Shown: one piece after another, positions 8,478 through 13,247 of the stretch
Numbering within the stretch: position 1 is the first letter of the stretch
Layout: every line of letters begins with the position of its first letter
From: an uncultured Thermoplasmatales archaeon
GTDB taxonomy: Archaea; Thermoplasmatota; E2; UBA202; DSCA01
Length of the DNA stretch: 13,247 nucleotides
Direction of reading: 5' to 3'
Assembly (NCBI GenBank): GCA_964514975.1
Contig: CAZESS010000032.1
Location: 1-13,247 of the forward strand
The notes under the pieces: generated by a model
What the model was told of the DNA's origin: nothing
Database searches by the model: none
Seen by the model: only the letters and a program-made list of their open reading frames with translations
Translations under genes and position numbers: made by a program

Positions 8478-8870
8478 TCACACTGCGGGCATCTGCTTGT
8501 TGTGGATGGAAGAGTCGATGATTTTCCGCATGGCGGTGAAGCCGATGGTGCGGGGGTATACCCGTTTTGCACCTGCCTCCCGCATCTCCCGGGCGAGCAG
8601 CGAGGCGAAGGCGGTGAAACCGTAGATCGTCGCCTGGGGGTCGATTTCGAGTATCTGCCGGGTGGCCTCGACGCCGTCGACGATGGGCATGTTGACGTCC
8701 ATGATGACCAGGTCGGGTCGCTTGCCCTGCTCCGTCAGGTTTTTGTACATCCGGACGCCGGCCATGCCGTCTCCGGCACGGTAGAGCGTGATGTTCAGGG
8801 GGCCGAGCACGCTCTCCATGAGGTCCTGGATGTATGGATCATCTTCCACCAGGAGTATGGTTTCGTTCAT
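8478..8870 (-). CDS. Stand-alone response regulator receiver protein, atypical (beta5 Lys-Pro replaced by Arg-Thr)
   Basis: ILLVEDD, phosphoacceptor LVIMDVNMP, DGVEATRQI and FTA are present. The start is placed at ATG 8870 because GGAGG lies just upstream. Confidence 0.88.
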   Translation of the reverse strand: MNETILLVEDDPYIQDLMESVLGPLNITLYRAGDGMAGVRMYKNLTEQGKRPDLVIMDVNMPIVDGVEATRQILEIDPQATIYGFTAFASLLAREMREAGAKRVYPRTIGFTAMRKIIDSSIHNKQMPAV

Positions 8871-8931
8871 GGTCCTCCATTTTGCTTTCTTTTTGCTATC
8901 TAAACGATAACAATATAGATGCCGCTGCATA

Positions 8932-8987
8932 TATATAAACCTTTGCTTTTCCCGCCGCTCGAAAGGGAGGGGACAGAAAACTTAATA
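8932..8987. promoter_or_regulatory. Divergent promoter region (receiver gene / Lrp-family gene)
   Basis: Minus-strand TTTATATA at 8939-8932 has an A-rich BRE-like sequence upstream. Plus-strand AAAACTTAATA ends at 8987, about 21 nt before ATG 9009. Confidence 0.5.
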
Positions 8988-9008
8988 GGCGCCACCGATT
9001 ATCTTTTC

Positions 9009-9248
9009 ATGGCCATCGGATTCGTCCTCATCAACGTGGCCCCGGCGTCGGAACACGACATCTACGACAGGCTCATCGAGATAGACGACATCACTGAACT
9101 CTATCCGCTCTTCGGAGAATACGACTTCATCGCCCGCGTCGAAGCAGCAACGCCCACCGAAATCGGCGGCATCGTCGTCAACAAAATACGGTCCCTCGAG
9201 GGCGTCGCCGACACCAAGACCCTCACCACGGCGAGCATCGACAGATAA
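9009..9248 (+). CDS. Lrp/AsnC family ligand-binding (RAM) domain protein, no HTH
   Basis: MAIGFVLINV...E..I...L...E.YPLFGEYDFIARVE...IRSLEGVADTKTL, 79 aa. Confidence 0.88.
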   Translation: MAIGFVLINVAPASEHDIYDRLIEIDDITELYPLFGEYDFIARVEAATPTEIGGIVVNKIRSLEGVADTKTLTTASIDR

Positions 9249-9261
9249 CACCGGTCAAATC

Positions 9262-9270
9262 TTTTATAAA
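9262..9270 (+). promoter_or_regulatory. TATA box of alaS
   Basis: TTTTATAAA ends 21 nt upstream of ATG 9292. Confidence 0.6.
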
Positions 9271-9291
9271 AGCTCGCAATATATAGCCAGG

Positions 9292-11838
9292 ATGCAATCC
9301 GATTTACAGGCATTCCTGCAGCTCGACTTCTTCCAGCAGCACGGATTCACCCGCAACCAATGCACCGAATGCGGCGCCCACTTCTGGACGACCAATCCCG
9401 AGCAGCAGCGCTGCGGCGACGCCCCCTGCGTCCCATACACGTTCATCGACAACCCGCTCGGCGACCATCCCTACACTGCATCGGAAATGCGCGAGGCCTT
9501 CCTCTCCTTCTTCGAGAACAACGACCATACGCGCCTCGACCGATATCCGGTCGTCGCCCGATGGCGCAACGACGTCTACCTCACCATCGCCTCCATCGCC
9601 GACTTCCAGCCCCACGTCACCTCGGGGCAGGTGCCACCGCCGGCCAACCCGCTCGTCATATCGCAGCCGAGCATCCGGCTCAACGACCTCGAGGAGGTCG
9701 GGCGGAGCGGACGCCACCTCACCATGTTCGAAATGATGGGGCACCATGCGTTCAACAACCACGACCAGATATACTGGAGCGAACAAACCATCCAGCTCTG
9801 CAACGACTTCCTCAAAAGCATCGGCATCCCCACCGACCAGGTCACCTACAAGGAGGGCGAATGGTACGGCGGCGGCAACGCCGGCGCCTGCCTCGAGGTC
9901 CTGGCTGCAGGCATGGAGATATCGACGCTGGTGTTCATGAGCCTCCAGCGCAGCCAGGATGGCACATACGAGGTCAACAACGAGCGATACACGAAGATGC
10001 CACTCCAGGTGGTCGACACCGGCTACGGACTCGAACGCCTCGTCTGGCTCACCCGGGGCTCCCAGACGGTCTACGACGCCATCTTCCCCGACGTCATCAA
10101 AGCCATCAGCGACGCAGCGGCAGCACCGCAGCCGCGTGACATCTACGCGCTGGCGGACCACACCCGCTGCCTCGCCTTCATGCTCGGCGACGGCATCGTG
10201 CCCAGCAACGCCGAAGAGGGATACCTCGCACGGCTGATAGCCCGCAGAGCGCTGCGATTCATCGACCGCCTCGAAATCGACATGACGCTCCCGAACATCG
10301 TCGACATGCATCTCGACCGGCTGGCAGATGACTTCCCCGATCTGCTCGAGGCACGCGAGACAATGCACGCGATGCTCGACAAGGAAACCACCAAATATGA
10401 TGAGACGCTGAACAGGGGTCGGCGGCTGGTCGCCCGCTACGTCAGGGAACATGGACAGGTACCGGAAAACAAGCTCATCCAGTTCTACGACACACATGGC
10501 GTGCCGCCCGACGTCGTCAAAGAGGTCGCCGGCGACGCCGTAGACATCCCCGACGACTTCGTGTCACGCGTCGCAGAGCTCCACAGCAACGCCCGGCAGA
10601 CAGCCGAGGAAACGCAGGAAAGCAAGTACAGCACCAGGCAGCTCTACTACGAGCAGCCATACCAGCGCAGCTTTGAAGCCACCGTCATCTGGACGGGCAC
10701 CGTGGAGGGCGATCCAGCGGTCATCCTCGATACAACGCTGTTCTACCCCGAGGGCGGTGGCCAGGCAACGGACACGGGCATACTCAGACAGGGCGACAAA
10801 GAGCGACGGGTGCTCCGCGCCGAAAAACAGGGCGACGCAATCGTTCACGTCCTCGACGATCCCCTCCCGGAGGGCAGCGTGGAAGGCACCCTCGAATGGC
10901 AGCGCCGCTACGACATCATGCGCCATCATACCGCCACACATCTCATCAACGCCGCAGCCCGGCACGTGCTCGGCGTCCACGTCTGGCAGAAGGGCTCCGC
11001 GCTCGACGACACCGAGGCACGGCTCGACGTCTCACACTACCAACGTATCACCCCCGGCGAGCTGCGGGACATCGAGGCAACGGCCAACGGATGGGTGCGC
11101 GACGCCCGGCCCGTAACAAAGCAGCAGCTCCCCCTGGGACTTGCAGAGCAGCGGTACGGCATGCGGCTCTACCAGGGCGGCCCCCCGGCAGGCAGCACCC
11201 TCCGCATCCTCGAAATCGAGGACATCGAGGTCGAAGCCTGCGGTGGCACCCATGTCGACGACACCGCCGAAATCGGCTGCATCAAAATCACGGGCACCGA
11301 GCGTGTGCAGGACGGCGTCGAACGCCTCAAGTTCAGGGCCGCAGAGCAGGCCATCGACTACATCAACCACCGCGACATGCTGCTACAGAAAACCGCCGAA
11401 ACGCTCGACGTCTCACCCGAGGTGCTCCCCCAGACCGTCCAGCGCTTCTTCACCGAATGGAAGGAACTGCGCAAGCAGGTCGAGGAGCTCCAGAAGCAAT
11501 CGATCAGCGCAAACGTCGAGGACTTCCACGGCATCCGCATCGTCACCCAGAACAACCTGGGCACCGCTGCGACCAGAGACATCACCGAGCAGGGGAACAC
11601 GGTCGTCATATCAAAGCGCATCGACGACGACACCGCGGCCATCCACATCGCCCGCTCACCCGGCATAGACCTGGACTGCGGTGCCATCGCCCGTGACATC
11701 GGCGGCATGCTCGGCGGCGGAGGCGGCGGCAAACCCGAGGTAGCACAGGCGGGCGGCCCCGATACGGAGGCGCTCGACGACGCATTTCAGCAGGCGATGT
11801 CCCTGGTCAAACAGCAGCTCAAAGAAAAACATTTATGA
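9292..11838 (+). CDS. alaS: Alanine--tRNA ligase, archaeal type
   Basis: Archaeal N-terminal CxxC...CGDAPC extension, RYPVVARWR, TIASIADFQP, FEMMGHHAFN, DTGYGLER and ADHTRC. The editing domain has HHTATH and CGGTH, and C-Ala has GGGGGKP..AQAGG. Confidence 0.97.
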   Translation: MQSDLQAFLQLDFFQQHGFTRNQCTECGAHFWTTNPEQQRCGDAPCVPYTFIDNPLGDHPYTASEMREAFLSFFENNDHTRLDRYPVVARWRNDVYLTIASIADFQPHVTSGQVPPPANPLVISQPSIRLNDLEEVGRSGRHLTMFEMMGHHAFNNHDQIYWSEQTIQLCNDFLKSIGIPTDQVTYKEGEWYGGGNAGACLEVLAAGMEISTLVFMSLQRSQDGTYEVNNERYTKMPLQVVDTGYGLERLVWLTRGSQTVYDAIFPDVIKAISDAAAAPQPRDIYALADHTRCLAFMLGDGIVPSNAEEGYLARLIARRALRFIDRLEIDMTLPNIVDMHLDRLADDFPDLLEARETMHAMLDKETTKYDETLNRGRRLVARYVREHGQVPENKLIQFYDTHGVPPDVVKEVAGDAVDIPDDFVSRVAELHSNARQTAEETQESKYSTRQLYYEQPYQRSFEATVIWTGTVEGDPAVILDTTLFYPEGGGQATDTGILRQGDKERRVLRAEKQGDAIVHVLDDPLPEGSVEGTLEWQRRYDIMRHHTATHLINAAARHVLGVHVWQKGSALDDTEARLDVSHYQRITPGELRDIEATANGWVRDARPVTKQQLPLGLAEQRYGMRLYQGGPPAGSTLRILEIEDIEVEACGGTHVDDTAEIGCIKITGTERVQDGVERLKFRAAEQAIDYINHRDMLLQKTAETLDVSPEVLPQTVQRFFTEWKELRKQVEELQKQSISANVEDFHGIRIVTQNNLGTAATRDITEQGNTVVISKRIDDDTAAIHIARSPGIDLDCGAIARDIGGMLGGGGGGKPEVAQAGGPDTEALDDAFQQAMSLVKQQLKEKHL

Positions 11839-11839
11839 A
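11822..11839 (+). promoter_or_regulatory. Probable tRNA promoter overlapping the alaS stop codon
   Basis: A-rich BRE-like AAGAAAAAC followed by TTTATGAA, ending about 27 nt before the tRNA 5' end. Confidence 0.45.
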
Positions 11840-11866
11840 CCACCTGTGTTTACCAGAGCACATACC

Positions 11867-11939
11867 GGGCCGGTAGATCAGTTGGAAGATCGTCTCCTTG
11901 GCATGGAGGAGGCCGTGGGTTCAAATCCCACCCGGTCCA
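11867..11939 (+). tRNA. tRNA-Ala (anticodon GGC), intronless, CCA not encoded
   Basis: Acceptor stem GGGCCGG/CCGGTCC with the G3:U70 Ala identity pair and discriminator A. Anticodon arm TCTCC-TTGGCAT-GGAGG; T arm GTGGG-TTCAAAT-CCCAC. Confidence 0.97.
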
Positions 11940-11949
11940 TTGCCCTACC

Positions 11950-11979
11950 GAACCCGCGTCTTCGCACTGAACCCGCGTC
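11950..11979. repeat. 11-bp direct repeat GAACCCGCGTC x2 (11950-11960, 11969-11979)
   Basis: Exact repeat with an 8-nt spacer, lying between the tRNA 3' end and the integrase-remnant stop codon. Confidence 0.75.
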
Positions 11980-12250
11980 ATTGAAAGGCGGGGTCTGTGT
12001 CGTGTGAGCGGGTGTTTTTGTTGGTGCGTAGGGCTTTGAGGGCTTTGATGTATTCCTCGGTGGGGAGTTCGTTGTTGACGTAGCGGGTGGAGAGGTCTTG
12101 AGCGAGTGCTTCGGGTGCCAGCTCTCGATATGGGATGAGGATGGTGTCAATGTGCTGTTTATCTTTTTCGTTGGGGCCGGTGTAGTTGGTGAGCGTGGTC
12201 TTGATGTTTTTGTGGCCGAGCTGGATCTGGCCGAGCTTGGGGTTCTGCAT
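11978..12250 (-). pseudogene. C-terminal remnant of a tyrosine recombinase/integrase with a SHOCT-like tail
   Basis: QIQLGHKNIKTTLTNY matches the tyrosine recombinase box II (LGH...TT..Y). The frame is closed upstream by TGA at 12307-12305, so the core-binding domain and catalytic box I are missing. It lies next to a tRNA 3' end. Confidence 0.7.
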
Positions 12251-12251
12251 G

Positions 12252-12710
12252 CTAGTCACCCTCACCAAATGGTGGACGTGTGAGAATGCCGATACATCTC
12301 TGTATCATGTTTTCTTGATTTTTAGTGAATTCATATTTGTCCAGTACGTCATTGACATAATCCTGAAGTGATGTACCCATTTCGCAACTACGGGCGTACC
12401 AATCACAGACCATTTCACCTATCACATCGAGAGGTATCTCCGCGATGTCGTCCCAATACTTGAAATGATGTTTTGAATTCTTGCGGTGGGAATCAAGTGC
12501 TTCTTGGAATTGTTCACTGTCGGCTGACCGAAGATGCATGAACTCGATGGCGGCACTGACCTTCCGATTGTCATGGTTGAAACAATTGAGCATGACGCGT
12601 TTGGCCATCATCGGATGTTCCTTGAACAATTCATTGGCAATCTTAATGCCGGCATGTGCAACATTGAGTTTGTGTTGAATAATGATGTTGAAGTATTCTT
12701 TATCCTTCAT
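12252..12710 (-). CDS. DUF5662-like protein (HD-superfamily-related putative phosphohydrolase)
   Basis: The pattern QHK..V...HD..K...EF...AL.SH...SKHH..YW...EMVCDW.ARS resembles DUF5662 (recalled, not searched). The start is placed at ATG 12710, after an AGGTGG SD. Confidence 0.65.
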   Translation of the reverse strand: MKDKEYFNIIIQHKLNVAHAGIKIANELFKEHPMMAKRVMLNCFNHDNRKVSAAIEFMHLRSADSEQFQEALDSHRKNSKHHFKYWDDIAEIPLDVIGEMVCDWYARSCEMGTSLQDYVNDVLDKYEFTKNQENMIQRCIGILTRPPFGEGD

Positions 12711-12746
12711 GCTCCACCTGTTCAAACAATTCTGGGCGCTCAAATG

Positions 12747-13034
12747 CTAGCATGACTGTTTCACCTGCACGTTTCTGGATGACGTGCATATAGTCGTATC
12801 TGGCATGTGCACCATCAGAAATGTGATGTACCAGTTCAGTTCATGGATAGCACGGTCGATTATCCCACCAGCAACCGTCGCAACCTGCCCACCGATGATA
12901 AGTAGACCATAAGACAGGAAGGATATGTCCTCCGCTATCCAGTCTGCAATACGTTCCTCTACATCCAACTGATATTTTTTCAATCCATGGATATTACCAT
13001 TTTTGATTTCCCAAGTCCTAACATCCTGCGGCAT
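12747..13034 (-). pseudogene. 5' fragment of a NucS/EndoMS-like PD-(D/E)xK endonuclease-domain gene; similarity stops after about 60 aa
   Basis: W.I......L...LD.EE.I.DWI.EDI..L...LLIIG.QV.T..GG.ID is typical of the N-terminus of NucS-domain proteins. The expected LL.lD..G..v.iELK continuation is absent. TTTATA (13077-13072) and an AAGGAG SD are intact upstream. Confidence 0.6.
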
Positions 13035-13247
13035 CTAATGCTCCTTTCAGAAAAAATAAATGGTAAAGCAGTATAAATTGCTTATCCGTTGAACTTTCTA
13101 TCGGTGGCCGTTGAAATGGTCTCCATTGAATTCTTGCCATTCATAGCGGGACGTACGCCAGAAAGTCGCAGCGAGTACCCGCTCAGCTGGCTGGACGCGA
13201 GCAGTGGCCGATGTATTGGAGCCGAAGCTATGTAGCGGGGAGACCCG

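Larger units (their letters stand above)
11940..13247. mobile_element. Left part of a degenerate tRNA-Ala-integrated element / genomic island
   Basis: An integrase remnant abuts the tRNA. DNA is visibly more AT-rich from about 12290 to 13145, and accessory and truncated genes are present. The other att copy is not in the window. Confidence 0.6.

Noticed and set aside
8871-9008. Longer starts for the receiver (8930) and Lrp (8919) ORFs
   Set aside because: The extensions would overlap each other and the divergent TATA boxes. Domain boundaries and SD/TATA spacing favour 8870 and 9009.
9304-11732. Long alternative ORFs (397, 259 and 266 aa, among others) within alaS
   Set aside because: These are shadow frames caused by strong codon bias. 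They are low-complexity (Arg/Pro- or Val/Asp-rich) with no motifs.
11947-11979. CRISPR array
   Set aside because: There are only two 11-14 bp units with an 8-nt spacer. No repeat-spacer array or cas genes occur anywhere in the window.
11878-12150. 90-aa minus-strand ORF
   Set aside because: It runs antisense through the tRNA-Ala gene and is out of frame with the integrase motif.
11978-12250. SSV1-type integrase split by integration (intN/intC)
   Set aside because: The fragment's 3' end, not its break point, faces the tRNA, and no tRNA-derived att sequence is seen at the truncation. A deletion is more likely.
13200-13247. Archaeal SRP (7S) RNA 5' end, suggested by GCCGAT...GGAGCCGAAGC
   Set aside because: The upstream Alu-domain features (GGCTAGGCC start, complementary TCGGC loop, TGTA hinge) are not present in the expected positions.

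Overview
Archaeal chromosomal segment; protein style and gene order suggest Thermoplasmatota, which is an inference. It opens with the 3' end of a 23S rRNA gene, followed closely by a 5S rRNA gene of about 228 nt that carries a roughly 107-nt structured insertion in its 3' arm. This is the most unusual feature. Next come exodeoxyribonuclease III, a six-PAS histidine kinase translationally coupled to a membrane PAS-HisKA protein with no ATPase domain, and the conserved aIF-1A/RIO1/KH(Dim2-like) cluster. SRP54 and an atypical stand-alone receiver protein lie on the minus strand, then an Lrp/AsnC ligand-binding protein, alanyl-tRNA synthetase and tRNA-Ala(GGC) on the plus strand. Beyond the tRNA lies a decayed integrated element: a tyrosine-integrase C-terminal remnant, a DUF5662-like HD-type gene and a truncated NucS-like gene. 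The window ends in a possible structured RNA. Most first genes of transcription units have a TATA box about 20-24 nt before the start codon, which suggests leaderless mRNAs.
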